DNA of 64,000 nucleotides from an uncultured Gemmatimonadales bacterium. Its GTDB lineage: Bacteria; Gemmatimonadota; Gemmatimonadetes; Gemmatimonadales; GWC2-71-9. The translations under genes were made by a program, and so were the position numbers. Below the pieces are notes generated by a model. The model was given only the letters and a program-made list of their open reading frames with translations. It had not been told where the DNA came from and ran no database searches. The DNA lies in contig CAVUMU010000002.1 of NCBI GenBank assembly GCA_963742755.1, forward strand, positions 108,987 to 172,986. The letters are read 5' to 3'. Each line of letters opens with the position of its first letter. Position 1 is the first letter of the stretch. This document shows positions 1-9,568 of this stretch, in pieces.

Positions 1-78
1 GGTCCTGCCGGGCCAGACCATCACCTGGACCCTGGAGAACGTCCTCCATCACTCCAGCCTAACGGTGTACTAAACCGC

Positions 79-1443
79 CTAGGGATTGCGGTCGAGACAC
101 CCCACTGAGTTCGGATTGTTCTGCTCCTCGATAGGTAGCGGGAGATTCACGTCCGATCCGTAGCTTCCCCCCTTGTGGTACGCACCATTGGGAAAAACCG
201 TATCTTCGATCCGGCCGTACCCCCCAGCGGCAACTGGCCGGAGGAGGCGGCGCATGTCGCCCAGGCGGTGGCCGGTGGCGTAGAGCCAGAACGCGCGCTC
301 CGCGAAGAGCAGGTCTGCTCCCGCCGCGGCGGTACCCGGTGCTGCCAGGGGATCCAGCGGCGGATCCAGGTCCGGGAATGCCGCGCGCAGGTCATTGAGC
401 GTGGTGGTCATGCCGCTGAGATCGCTGGCCTGGAGCTGTGCCTCGGCCTCGATGAGCCGGGCCTCGACCCCATCGGCGACCGTCACGTCCGCCGCGGCGT
501 CGGGGTACTTGAACAGGTTGACCTGAGTGGTGATGAGGTCGAGGCCGGTGTCGGCAACCCCATCGCCGTCGTCGTCCAGGGTATCCGCGGGAACGCGAGG
601 GTCCTGGGCGGAAAAGAAGGGCAGGCCCACGCCACCCTCAACATCGGCCACCGACCACAATCCCTGGTTGGTGTAAGCCCAGATGGCGTTCTGCAGCCGG
701 AGAGGAGATTCTGCGTGCTCGGTGGCGTACACGAACTCAGTCGGCACGGTCGCTACCGCGGCGGCTGCCTCGGCAAACCGTCCCAAATTGACCAAAGCGC
801 GAGCCCGCCCCACGGTGACCAGGTTGGTGATGGTCCCATCGTCATTCGCCAGCCCCGGCTCGGCCAGCGCCGCGTCGAAGGTGGCGACGGCACGGTCGAA
901 CATCTGGGCGGTGGTTTCGGGCCCGCCGAAGATCAGGCTGTCGCCGCTCACCCGGCTGAATGGCACGCCGGAGCAGAAGGTCTCGCCGAAGTACACGTAG
1001 GTGAATCCGGCCAGTGCCAGCGTCTCGGCGATATCCGGGGTGTCGTCCGGTGCCACGAGGAACTCCCGGAGGGCGGCGGCGGCCACTTCGAGACCCCTGC
1101 GCGCCTGGTGCAGGTTGCGGTAGACGTCCGAAAGCGTGGGGTTGATTACGGCGGTGGTCCGCTGGTCGACTTCCTGTTGTGACGGCGGCGTGGTGGAGTG
1201 AACGAATTCATCGGCCAACAGCCCGCTCGCGAGGATCAGTCCATCGTCGAACTGAGTCCCATCGCCATCCTTCGCGAAGGCGAAGTCGGCAATGGCGCCT
1301 TCGCGCAGCGCAATGGCGCCCTCGGGCGAGTTGATCTCGCCCGGGTCGATGATGTTCGGCTGGTCGGTGTCGAGCAGCCCGCAGCCTCCCAGGGGAAGCA
1401 GGAGGAGCAGGGCGGCTCGGAGGGAGCGTCGTGAGATGGTCAT
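79..1443 (-). CDS. SusD/RagB-family nutrient-binding outer-membrane lipoprotein
   Basis: 454-aa ORF with an N-terminal lipoprotein signal (LLLLLPLGGC). It lies 13 nt downstream of, and co-oriented with, a SusC-like receptor, which is the canonical SusC/SusD pairing. The family call rests on sequence character and context, not on a search. Confidence 0.75.
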   Translation of the reverse strand: MTISRRSLRAALLLLLPLGGCGLLDTDQPNIIDPGEINSPEGAIALREGAIADFAFAKDGDGTQFDDGLILASGLLADEFVHSTTPPSQQEVDQRTTAVINPTLSDVYRNLHQARRGLEVAAAALREFLVAPDDTPDIAETLALAGFTYVYFGETFCSGVPFSRVSGDSLIFGGPETTAQMFDRAVATFDAALAEPGLANDDGTITNLVTVGRARALVNLGRFAEAAAAVATVPTEFVYATEHAESPLRLQNAIWAYTNQGLWSVADVEGGVGLPFFSAQDPRVPADTLDDDGDGVADTGLDLITTQVNLFKYPDAAADVTVADGVEARLIEAEAQLQASDLSGMTTTLNDLRAAFPDLDPPLDPLAAPGTAAAGADLLFAERAFWLYATGHRLGDMRRLLRPVAAGGYGRIEDTVFPNGAYHKGGSYGSDVNLPLPIEEQNNPNSVGCLDRNP

Positions 1444-1455
1444 GATGGCACTCCC

Positions 1456-4400
1456 TCAGAAGCCGACGTTAAGACGCGCGGTCCAGTAGCGCACCTGGGC
1501 CTGCGACTCGAAGTCCGACGATGCGAAGTTGTCCTGGGCAAAGGCGTTTACCTCGGGGTCCACCCCGGTATAGTCGTCGATGGTCCAGAGGTTTCGGCCC
1601 GACAGCGTGAGGCTGAGACGATTGGCCCGAAACGCTCGAGCGATACGATCAGGGGCGAAAAACGTCAACGATAGCTCTCGCAGCTTGATGAACCAGCCCG
1701 GCTCGAGGAACGCCACCGAGTTTCCGCCGCCGGGCAGGAACAGGGCCTGGGCCCTCGCTTGCTCATCAATCGGGGCGGAGCGGTCATAGTTGCCGCGGCA
1801 ATTCTGCACCGAGAAGCAGCGGAACTGCTCCAACGAGTTGTCCACCTTGTGCCCGCCCCGATAATCGAACTGGGTGCCGAGCACCACCTGTCCGCCGAAG
1901 ATGGCGAGCTGACTGTTGAGCGAGGCCTCGCGGGTCGGGATGGCGGTGCCCTGGAAGACCGAGCTGTCACTCAGCGTCACCTCGGTCAGGTCTATGATCC
2001 CGTCGCTATTGGCGTCGGCAAATGTGTGGTTGGGAGCCCAGAACCCTCCCGCGGGGTAACCGCCCACGTGCCGCTGGTAAAAGCCCACGAAGATGTCGCT
2101 GACTCCCTCGCCCAGCTCCAGGACCTTGTTGTGCGCCGTGGAGCCGCTCAGCGTCAGATCCCAGGCCACGCTGCGGCTGTCGATGATCCTGGTGTTGATG
2201 GCCAACTCGACACCCCGGTTCCGAATGCGGGACAGGTTGACGAACTGGGACTGCGAGGCCCCCAGCGACGGAGCGATGTCGCGGGAAATCAGGGCATCCC
2301 GAGTGAGTTTGCTATAAAAGGTGAACTCCAGCGAGACGCGGTCATTGAACAGCCCGGCATCGAACCCGGCCTCGAACTCGCGGGACCGCTCGGGCTTGAG
2401 ATCGAAGTTGCCCAGACTCGCGAACGACACTCCAGTGGTCCCGATTCCAGCCCGCTTTCCGGGGACCGAGTTGTAAATCCGGAGCGCGTCGGCGGTGCCG
2501 GGCTGCTGTCCGGAGACGCCAAATGCGGCGCGGACGCGGAAGGTGTTCACCGAGCCGCTCGGCTTATCGGACACCAGCCAGGACACGCTCGCTTTGGGGT
2601 ACACGGTGGCGTCGAAATTCTGGCCGAAGGCGCTGTTGTCATCGAACCGCAGTGCGCCGGTGACGAAGAGCCGTTCGTTAAAGTTTACCTCCTGCTCGAC
2701 GTAGGTGCCGATGGATCGGGCCTCGACGGTGGTGTCGGCTGCCTCGATGGCGCTGGCGCCATTGATCGTGCCGGAGCCCGGCGGCAGGCCGCGCCCGCTG
2801 GCAAAGGTGCCGGTGGCGAGATCGCGGAAAAACTGCCCGCCGACTGAAGTGCGGGAGCCGACGGTAGATGAGAGGCGAAAGCGGGCGGAGGCTCCGAGAT
2901 CGATTGACGTCTGGGTGATGTCGAAGGCATTCTGGATCTTCACGCCGTCCCGATTCGCGAGGTAGGCAGCCACCTGGCCGGTCGGGAAGAACTGGAGATC
3001 GGTGCGGTCGACGAGGTCGTGCCCTACCACCGCCCGCGCTGTGAGCCACTCTCGGGGCCGCCAGGTCCCGCTGATGCCGGCAGTAAAGCGATTGGCCTTC
3101 TGATTGGCCAGCTCGGCAAACAGTTCGGCCGGAATGAAGAACCAGCCGCGATTGACTTCCGGCAGGCTCCCGCTGGCGGTACCGCTGCCGTTGACGGTCA
3201 GGAAGCTGTTGTCGTTCTCGACGAAACGGGTGTTGCTGGTGGAAAAGCCGAGCGAGCTGTTCAGCTCCAGCGTCTTCGACACGTTCGCGCCGATATTGGC
3301 CCGTAGCCCGAACTTCTCCAGCGCGTTGGGCCGCGCCTGGTTGTCCGGTACGATGCCGCCCCGCACCGAGGCCACCGAGTCGTATTCCGCGTCCGGAAGG
3401 CGGAAGGGGCCGATCTCATTTTCGTAGCTCCCGGACACATAGTAGGTCACGTCCGCACTGCCACCCGATACGCTGGCACCATACTGCTGCCGGAGTCCCG
3501 CCTTGTACGGGCGGCTGACCGGCTCGTTGAGCGGCTGAAACGTCTGCAGCGAGGTCTGGGTGCAGAGGCCATCGATCTCGCTCTGGATGCTGCAGAAGCC
3601 GTCGTACCCGTCGATGATGCCGGTTGCGGTGGTATCCCGCCCAAAGTAGTTGAGGGGATAGGTGTGTGGGTCCGATACCGTGCCCAGCTCGGAGAAGAGG
3701 CTCCATTGGGGCGGGCCGGCAACGCCGCGCTTGGTGGTCACCCGGATTACGCCGTTGGAAGCCTGGATCCCGTACAAGGTGGCGGCAGCCGGGCCCTTCA
3801 CAATCTCGATGTCCTGAACGTCATCGGGGTTGAGGTCATTGATGCGTGAGGGTCCGGCCCCGATTCCGGAGCCGAAGCCACCGATGTCGAGCGTGCTGGA
3901 TGTGGGATTGCTTTCCAGCCGGATACCGTCGAGGTAGTAGAGGGGCTCGTTGGACAGCGAGATGCTGTTGGAGCCGCGGATCCGGATGCGGGTCCCGGTG
4001 CCGGTGGTGCCGCTGCTCTTCAGGACCTGGACACCCGGGGCACGCCCCGAGATCAGGTTGGTAAACTCGGTGATCGGCGCCTGCTCGGCGATCTTTGCGG
4101 CATTGATGGTCGTGACCGCGTTCCCGATCTCCAGCTTTCGCTGCTCGCCGGTTGCGGTGGTCACCAGCTCGTCGAGCTGCACAACCGCCGGGACCAGACT
4201 GAAACTCAGCGCCGCGGTCTCGCCATCGGCCACCGTAAGGTTCTGGGTGGCGGGTTTATATCCCACCCGAAGAACCCGCACCTGATGGGTTCCCGGCGCG
4301 ACCTGCCGGAAGAGAAAGCGTCCATCGCGGTTGGTGGTTTCGATCTGCCCGGTTCCGGTGAGCACGACTCGGGCAGCCTCTAGCGGTGTTCCAGCCGCTT

Positions 4401-4521
4401 CATCGACCACCTGTCCACCGATGGCGGCTTGCTGGGCCTGCGCCGGACGGACAATCCCGGCAGTCAGGCACCACAGCACCAGGGTGGCACCGATCATACC
4501 CGGACGAATGCCAGCGCTCAT
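1456..4521 (-). CDS. SusC/RagA-type TonB-dependent outer-membrane receptor with N-terminal carboxypeptidase-regulatory-like domain
   Basis: 1021-aa ORF. Signal peptide ends PAQAQQ. CarboxypepD_reg-like segment (RDGRFLFRQVAPGTHQVRVLRVGYKP). Plug-type motif IEIVKGPAAATLYG. Barrel ends RLNVGF. SD GAAGGAGAAGG lies just upstream of ATG 4521. Confidence 0.9.
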   Translation of the reverse strand: MSAGIRPGMIGATLVLWCLTAGIVRPAQAQQAAIGGQVVDEAAGTPLEAARVVLTGTGQIETTNRDGRFLFRQVAPGTHQVRVLRVGYKPATQNLTVADGETAALSFSLVPAVVQLDELVTTATGEQRKLEIGNAVTTINAAKIAEQAPITEFTNLISGRAPGVQVLKSSGTTGTGTRIRIRGSNSISLSNEPLYYLDGIRLESNPTSSTLDIGGFGSGIGAGPSRINDLNPDDVQDIEIVKGPAAATLYGIQASNGVIRVTTKRGVAGPPQWSLFSELGTVSDPHTYPLNYFGRDTTATGIIDGYDGFCSIQSEIDGLCTQTSLQTFQPLNEPVSRPYKAGLRQQYGASVSGGSADVTYYVSGSYENEIGPFRLPDAEYDSVASVRGGIVPDNQARPNALEKFGLRANIGANVSKTLELNSSLGFSTSNTRFVENDNSFLTVNGSGTASGSLPEVNRGWFFIPAELFAELANQKANRFTAGISGTWRPREWLTARAVVGHDLVDRTDLQFFPTGQVAAYLANRDGVKIQNAFDITQTSIDLGASARFRLSSTVGSRTSVGGQFFRDLATGTFASGRGLPPGSGTINGASAIEAADTTVEARSIGTYVEQEVNFNERLFVTGALRFDDNSAFGQNFDATVYPKASVSWLVSDKPSGSVNTFRVRAAFGVSGQQPGTADALRIYNSVPGKRAGIGTTGVSFASLGNFDLKPERSREFEAGFDAGLFNDRVSLEFTFYSKLTRDALISRDIAPSLGASQSQFVNLSRIRNRGVELAINTRIIDSRSVAWDLTLSGSTAHNKVLELGEGVSDIFVGFYQRHVGGYPAGGFWAPNHTFADANSDGIIDLTEVTLSDSSVFQGTAIPTREASLNSQLAIFGGQVVLGTQFDYRGGHKVDNSLEQFRCFSVQNCRGNYDRSAPIDEQARAQALFLPGGGNSVAFLEPGWFIKLRELSLTFFAPDRIARAFRANRLSLTLSGRNLWTIDDYTGVDPEVNAFAQDNFASSDFESQAQVRYWTARLNVGF

Positions 4522-4641
4522 ATAGCCTTCTCCTTCGAGCGAGGACTGCGCGATGGAACGCGGTCTTGATTTTTCGATGAGGCGGTGGACGCACCGCCAA
4601 TGTGCAGAGGCCGCGGCCGGTTGTCAAAGCGAGTGGGCGGC

Positions 4642-4670
4642 TTGACGCTCTCAATTCGGGGCCGTATTTA
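4642..4670 (+). promoter_or_regulatory. Candidate sigma-70-type promoter for the downstream TonB receptor (TTGACG-17 nt-TATTTA)
   Basis: TTGACG at 4642-4647, a 17-nt spacer, then TATTTA at 4665-4670. It sits in the 250-nt divergent gap between the two receptor genes. Sequence match only. Confidence 0.35.
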
Positions 4671-4773
4671 AGTAACTGCCCCTGGCACCACCTTGCGTTT
4701 CCGCTCTTCATCAAAGCACTGTCCGTACCGGCAGTTGCCTGCCGGCCAGCAAACCGCGTCGCGTGGAGGACCT

Positions 4774-7557
4774 GTGATACGACACATTGTCAGCACGATA
4801 GCCTGCGCACTCTTGATCGGTGGCACCGCAGCACCCCTGTTCGCGCAGTCCGGAACGCTGCGGGGCACGGTGGCTGACAGCAGCGGTTCGCCGCTTCCCA
4901 ATGCCTCCATCAACATCGATGGCACCGGGCTCCGGACCACTTCGGGCAATCAGGGCGAGTACACCATCCGCGGTGTGCCGGCTGGAAACCGGGTGGTGCG
5001 GGTTCGCCTCATCGGCTTCCAGGCAGCCACTGCTCCGGTCATGGTAGCCGCCGCGGACGAGACCCGTCAGGACTTCACCATGGTCCGGAGCACCGTCCAG
5101 CTGGCGCCGATCGATGTCGTGATCGGATCCCGTGGCCGTCACACGGCCTCCGAAGAGCTTGCGGTCCCCGTGGATGTCTACACCGCCGAGGACATCCAGG
5201 AGCAGGGCAGCACCGAGACCAGCCGGATCCTCGCGACACTCGCGCCCTCGGTGAACTTTCCGGTGCAGACGGTGACCGACGGCACCGATATCGTCCGTCC
5301 GTTCACGCTGCGCGGCCTCTCGCCTGACCACACCCTGGTGCTGGTCAACGGCTGGCGACGCCACCAGACGGCATTGCTCAACACCTTTCCGCTGGGTTCC
5401 CCGGCGGGGTCGAGTGGGGTGGATCTGAACGCGATTCCGGGCGTCGCAATCGAACGGATCGAGGTACTGCGCGATGGCGCCTCCTCCCAGTATGGCTCCG
5501 ACGCGATCGCGGGGGTGGTCAACATCGTGATGAAGGAGGGGGAGTTCTCACCGTTCATTAACACGAGTGCCGGCCGGTACTTCACCGGCGGCTACCCGGA
5601 TGACGGCACCACCGCGGACGTGGGCGGTGGGGTCGGGTTCAAGCTGGGCCGGGGCTCCCTCGGACTCTTCGGGCAGTTCCTCAACCGCGAGCCCACCAAT
5701 CGCGCGTTTCCGGACGGCACTCTGGAGGACCTCAATGGGGTGACCGACGTCGTGGACACCGTCACCGGCGAAATCATTCAGAAGCGCAATGGCGTGCCTC
5801 AGCCGGTCAATCACCTCGGGGACGGTCTCGAGCGGGATCTGCTGTCATTCGCCAACCTGCGCATGCCCCTGAACGAAAGCGGCTCCAGCGAGTTCTACGC
5901 CTTCGGCGGCTTCAGCAACCGGATCGGCACCGGTAACGGCTATTATCGCAAGCCGCTCAACAACCGGAACTGGCCGGCGATCTATCCGAATGGGTTCCTG
6001 CCGGAGTTTCGTCCCAACGTAAACGACTACTCGGGGGGGGCTGGAATCCGCACCAGCGTGGCCGGCTGGGGCGTCGACGCGGGTGGCTCCTACGGCCGCA
6101 GCACCTTCGATTACCGGCTGCGCAACACCCTCAACCCGTCGCTGGGCCCCTGCCTGGTGACACCCTGCGCACCTGGCGCTGACGGTACCCTCGGCACCGC
6201 CGATGACCCAGGTATTACCAATCAGACCAGCTTCGACGCCGGCAGCGTGAAGCGGGGTGAGTTCAGCCTGGGGCTCAACTTTTCCAAGCCGCTCGAGCTC
6301 GGGCTGCGCAATCCGGTCACCCTGGCTTTCGGTGGGGCATACCGCCGAGAGGATTATCAGATCGTCGCGGGTGAGACGGCTTCGTGGATCAACGGCGGGC
6401 ACCTGTCTCAGGATAGCGTGGCCACTCCGGGAGATCTGGCGCCGGCCGGCTCATCGGTCTTCTCCGGTTTCTCCCCGACCGACGCCAGCAGCAACTCGCG
6501 GAACAACATCGGTGCCTACGTCGAGCTGGAATCGGATCTGACCCAGCAGGTTCTGCTCAACATCGCAGGCCGCTACGAGCACTACAGCGACTTCGGCTCT
6601 CGGGTGACAGGCAAGGCCGCACTGCGGGTCCAGCCCAGCAAGCAGCTGGTGTTCCGCGCTGCGGCCAGCACCGGCTTCCGCGCCCCAGGCCTGGCGCAGA
6701 GCTGGTTCAGTCACGTCACTACCAACTTCATTGCTGGCAGCCTGGTCGAGGTCGGCAACTTCCCGGTGAGCAACCGGGCGTCGCAGATTTTCGGGGCCCA
6801 ACCCCTGAAGGAAGAGACCTCCGTTAACCTGAGCGGAGGCGTGGTGTTTTCCGCAACGGACAACTTCACGATCGCCGTGGACGTATTCCGCATCACCATG
6901 GACGATCGCATTCTGCTCGGCGCGACGTATGACGCCGGCGACAGCGTGGTGGCGCGGATTCTGGCCGATTCCGGATTCACCACCATCGGCGGTGTGCAGT
7001 TCCCCACCAACGCGCTGGACACCAGGACTGACGGGATCGACATAACCGGTGATCTCCGCCTGCCGGCGGGTAACGGCAACCTGGACCTCACTGCCTCGGC
7101 CAACTACACCAAAAACAAGATCCGCCGCGTGGGAGGCCTGCCACCGATCCTCCAGGGCACCGGGACATCCTTCACCGGCGCCCTCGACCTGCTGACGACC
7201 CTGGCCATCACCGAGGAGCGTCCGGACTGGCGTGGCACACTCACGGCGAACTGGTCTTCCGGCCGGTTCCATACCCTGGGCCGTGCGTCGTACTATGGCT
7301 CCGGGCGTTCCGCCGAGTTCGGCGGGGTGGTGGGAGAGACGTTCGAGGCCAAGACCCTGTTCGATGCCGAGGTGGGGTATCGCTTCAACCAGGTGAACAT
7401 CTCGATTGGAGCGAAGAACATTTTCGACACCTATCCCTCCAGGCTCCTTGACCTCGACAATAACAACAGTTGGACCTTCCCCTGGGCGGTCACCTCGCCG
7501 TTCGGCTATAACGGGCGGTACATGTATGTCAGATCGGAGATGCAGCTCGGCTACTAG
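4774..7557 (+). CDS. TonB-dependent receptor with CarboxypepD_reg-like N-terminal domain
   Basis: The ORF track gives 4693..7557. I prefer GTG 4774, preceded by GGAGGA, which yields signal peptide VIRHIVSTIACALLIGGTAAPLFAQ. Regulatory-like domain (GEYTIRGVPAGNRVVRVRLIGFQ). Plug motif IERIEVLRDGASSQYGSDAIAGVVNIVMK. Barrel ends MQLGY. Confidence 0.85.
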   Translation: MIRHIVSTIACALLIGGTAAPLFAQSGTLRGTVADSSGSPLPNASINIDGTGLRTTSGNQGEYTIRGVPAGNRVVRVRLIGFQAATAPVMVAAADETRQDFTMVRSTVQLAPIDVVIGSRGRHTASEELAVPVDVYTAEDIQEQGSTETSRILATLAPSVNFPVQTVTDGTDIVRPFTLRGLSPDHTLVLVNGWRRHQTALLNTFPLGSPAGSSGVDLNAIPGVAIERIEVLRDGASSQYGSDAIAGVVNIVMKEGEFSPFINTSAGRYFTGGYPDDGTTADVGGGVGFKLGRGSLGLFGQFLNREPTNRAFPDGTLEDLNGVTDVVDTVTGEIIQKRNGVPQPVNHLGDGLERDLLSFANLRMPLNESGSSEFYAFGGFSNRIGTGNGYYRKPLNNRNWPAIYPNGFLPEFRPNVNDYSGGAGIRTSVAGWGVDAGGSYGRSTFDYRLRNTLNPSLGPCLVTPCAPGADGTLGTADDPGITNQTSFDAGSVKRGEFSLGLNFSKPLELGLRNPVTLAFGGAYRREDYQIVAGETASWINGGHLSQDSVATPGDLAPAGSSVFSGFSPTDASSNSRNNIGAYVELESDLTQQVLLNIAGRYEHYSDFGSRVTGKAALRVQPSKQLVFRAAASTGFRAPGLAQSWFSHVTTNFIAGSLVEVGNFPVSNRASQIFGAQPLKEETSVNLSGGVVFSATDNFTIAVDVFRITMDDRILLGATYDAGDSVVARILADSGFTTIGGVQFPTNALDTRTDGIDITGDLRLPAGNGNLDLTASANYTKNKIRRVGGLPPILQGTGTSFTGALDLLTTLAITEERPDWRGTLTANWSSGRFHTLGRASYYGSGRSAEFGGVVGETFEAKTLFDAEVGYRFNQVNISIGAKNIFDTYPSRLLDLDNNNSWTFPWAVTSPFGYNGRYMYVRSEMQLGY

Positions 7558-7570
7558 CCGGCTTCCTGCC

Positions 7571-7596
7571 TAGCGCCGTCCTCCGGGGCGGCGCTA
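7571..7596 (+). terminator. GC-rich hairpin after the TonB receptor gene
   Basis: TAGCGCCG (7571-7578) pairs with CGGCGCTA (7589-7596), 14 nt after the stop. There is no clear T-tract. Confidence 0.35.
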
Positions 7597-7623
7597 AGAT
7601 ACGCCTTCTTCTCCAAGGCGATC

Positions 7624-9228
7624 ATGTCAGCGTCCTACGACCTTATCATTGTGGGCGGCGGTCACAACGCACTCGTGACCGCCGCTTACGCGGCCCGCGC
7701 CGGCGTCAAGGTACTGGTCCTGGAGCGTCGCGAGCTCCTGGGCGGTGCCTGCGTCACCGAGGAGCTGTGGCCCGGCTACAAGGTCTCCACCGCGGCCTAC
7801 GTCAACAGCCTCCTCCGGCCTGAGATCATTCGGGACCTGGACCTCAAGCGGCACGGCTTCAAGATGCTGCCACGCAACCCGTCCTCGTTTACACCCTTCC
7901 CGGACGGTCGCTCCCTCATGCTGGGCCCCAACAAGGCCATGACCCACCGGGAGATCTCGAAATTCTCGGCCCGGGATGCGGAGGCGCTGCCGAAGTACGA
8001 GGCCATGCTGGAACGGGTGGCCGCGTTCATTGAGCCCACCCTCATGCAGACTCCACCCAACCCCTGGTCCTTCAAGCCCGGGAACCTGCTCCAGCTGGCG
8101 AAACTCGGGCTGGGATTCGCCAAGCTCGGCACCGACGGCCAGAAGGCCATCGAGATTCTGACTGGTGCCGCTACGCCAATCCTCGACCGCTGGTTCGAGT
8201 CGGAGCAGCTCAAGGTCACCCTGGCGACCGACGCCATTATCGGGGCCATGGCGTCGCCTTCCATGCCGGGGACGGCCTACGTGCTCTTTCATCACGTCAT
8301 GGGTGAGTGCGACGGCATCCGTGGTGTGTGGGGCTACGTCCGCGGTGGGATGGGGGGGATCAGCAATGCGATCGCCTCGGCTGCGCTCGAGGCGGGAGCG
8401 GAGATTCGCACCAGCTCGGAGGTCAGCCGGATCCTGGTGAAGAACGGTGAGGCGGCCGGGGTGGTGCTCAAGGACGGCACCGAGATCCGCGCGCGCCGAG
8501 TGGCCAGCGGAGCGGATGCCCAGGTGACCTTCCTGAAGCTGCTCGGGGGCCAGGATCTGCCCGACCACTTCGTCGAAGCGGTGCGCAACATCGACTACAG
8601 CAGCGCCAGCCTGAAAATCAACATCTCGCTCAGTGAGCTGCCCGATTTCAAGGCGGTGCCCGGCACCACGGCGGGGCTGCAGCACCGGGGCACGATTCAT
8701 ATTTCGCCCACCATGGACTACATCGAGCGGGCCTACGACAACGCCAAGTACGGCTGCCCCTCCGAGTACCCAATTATCGAAGCCACCATTCCCTCGGTGC
8801 TGGACGACACCCTGGCACCGCCGGGACACCACGTGATGTCGATGTTCACCCAGTACTTCCCTTATAAGCTGGCGCCGGGCCTCTCGCTCCAGGAAGAAAA
8901 AGAGAAATACGCGGAGCGCTGTTTCGATCTCATGAACGAGTATGCTCCCAACTTCAGGCGCTCCGTGATCGGCCGGCAGGTGCTGGCGCCTACCGATCTG
9001 GAGAAGCGCTTCGGGCTGACCGGCGGCAACATCATGCAGGGCTCCATGTCGCTGAGCAGCCTCTCGTTCATGCGGCCGGTGCCGGGCTATGCCGACTACC
9101 GCACGCCGATCCGCGGCCTGTACCTGTGCGGCGCCGCCACCCACCCGGGTGGCGGGGTCATGGGAGCGTGCGGCTACAACGCTGCCCGCGAGATCCTGCG
9201 CGACATGCGCCGCCGGGCAAAGTCCTGA
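7624..9228 (+). CDS. NAD(P)/FAD-dependent oxidoreductase, phytoene-desaturase (CrtI-like) family
   Basis: 534-aa ORF with an N-terminal dinucleotide fold, DLIIVGGGHNALVTAAYAARAGVKVLVLERRELLGG. Length and C-terminal GAATHPGGGVMG are typical of the CrtI-like amine/phytoene oxidoreductase family. Confidence 0.8.
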   Translation: MSASYDLIIVGGGHNALVTAAYAARAGVKVLVLERRELLGGACVTEELWPGYKVSTAAYVNSLLRPEIIRDLDLKRHGFKMLPRNPSSFTPFPDGRSLMLGPNKAMTHREISKFSARDAEALPKYEAMLERVAAFIEPTLMQTPPNPWSFKPGNLLQLAKLGLGFAKLGTDGQKAIEILTGAATPILDRWFESEQLKVTLATDAIIGAMASPSMPGTAYVLFHHVMGECDGIRGVWGYVRGGMGGISNAIASAALEAGAEIRTSSEVSRILVKNGEAAGVVLKDGTEIRARRVASGADAQVTFLKLLGGQDLPDHFVEAVRNIDYSSASLKINISLSELPDFKAVPGTTAGLQHRGTIHISPTMDYIERAYDNAKYGCPSEYPIIEATIPSVLDDTLAPPGHHVMSMFTQYFPYKLAPGLSLQEEKEKYAERCFDLMNEYAPNFRRSVIGRQVLAPTDLEKRFGLTGGNIMQGSMSLSSLSFMRPVPGYADYRTPIRGLYLCGAATHPGGGVMGACGYNAAREILRDMRRRAKS

Positions 9229-9238
9229 GGGGCCGTCC

Positions 9239-9568
9239 GTGCTCAAACACCACCTCACTGTCGGCCAGGGCCTGGCCCGGCTTCCCACCCCTGAAGGTGA
9301 GCGGTTCATCGAGCTTTTCAGGCACGGTACGCTGGCGGTGGAGCTCTATGCCCCGCGGGGCAACGATCCCCAGACACCCCACACCCGGGATGAGGTCTAC
9401 GTCGTGGCGCAGGGATCCGGCTATTTCCGGAACGGCAGCGACCGGCACCGCTTTGCTCCGGGTGACGTTCTCTTCGTGCCCGCGCAGGTGACGCACCGCT
9501 TCGAGGAGTTCTCCGACGACCTGGCGGTCTGGGTGTTTTTCTACGGCCCGGAGGGTGGAGAGAGCTGA
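9239..9568 (+). CDS. Cupin-domain protein
   Basis: In-frame GTG 9239, 11 nt after the upstream stop; the ORF track's longer 9089 start overlaps the preceding gene. Cupin-like core HTRDEVYVVAQGSGYF...GDVLFVPAQVTHRF. The stop overlaps the next ATG (TGATG). Confidence 0.7.
   Translation: MLKHHLTVGQGLARLPTPEGERFIELFRHGTLAVELYAPRGNDPQTPHTRDEVYVVAQGSGYFRNGSDRHRFAPGDVLFVPAQVTHRFEEFSDDLAVWVFFYGPEGGES

Noticed and set aside
2-73. Possible 3' end of a plus-strand gene (…VLPGQTITWTLENVLHHSSLTVY*), ending at TAA 71-73.
   Set aside because: Only 23 codons are visible. This cannot be distinguished from chance in a window edge, so it is not reported as a feature.
4581-4598. Hairpin GGCGGTG gacg CACCGCC in the divergent receptor gap, considered as a regulatory element or terminator.
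   Set aside because: It is a short isolated stem with no T-tract in the relevant orientation and no recognisable operator symmetry. The evidence is insufficient.
4671-4773. Possible riboswitch (for example cobalamin) in the roughly 100-nt leader of the TonB-dependent receptor.
   Set aside because: Only a simple 7-bp hairpin is present (CCGGCAG ttgc CTGCCGG, 4728-4745). I could not find a B12-box-like or other conserved riboswitch core, and the leader is too short for most riboswitch classes.
7627-9309. 560-aa ORF antisense to the FAD oxidoreductase gene. Similar long antisense or alternate-frame ORFs occur at 175..1182, 10801..11844, 30542..32083, 35498..36379 and 57710..58876.
   Set aside because: These are typical high-GC shadow ORFs. 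They are Arg/Gly/Pro/His-rich and low-complexity, with no recognisable motifs. Each lies opposite a gene with clear family signatures.
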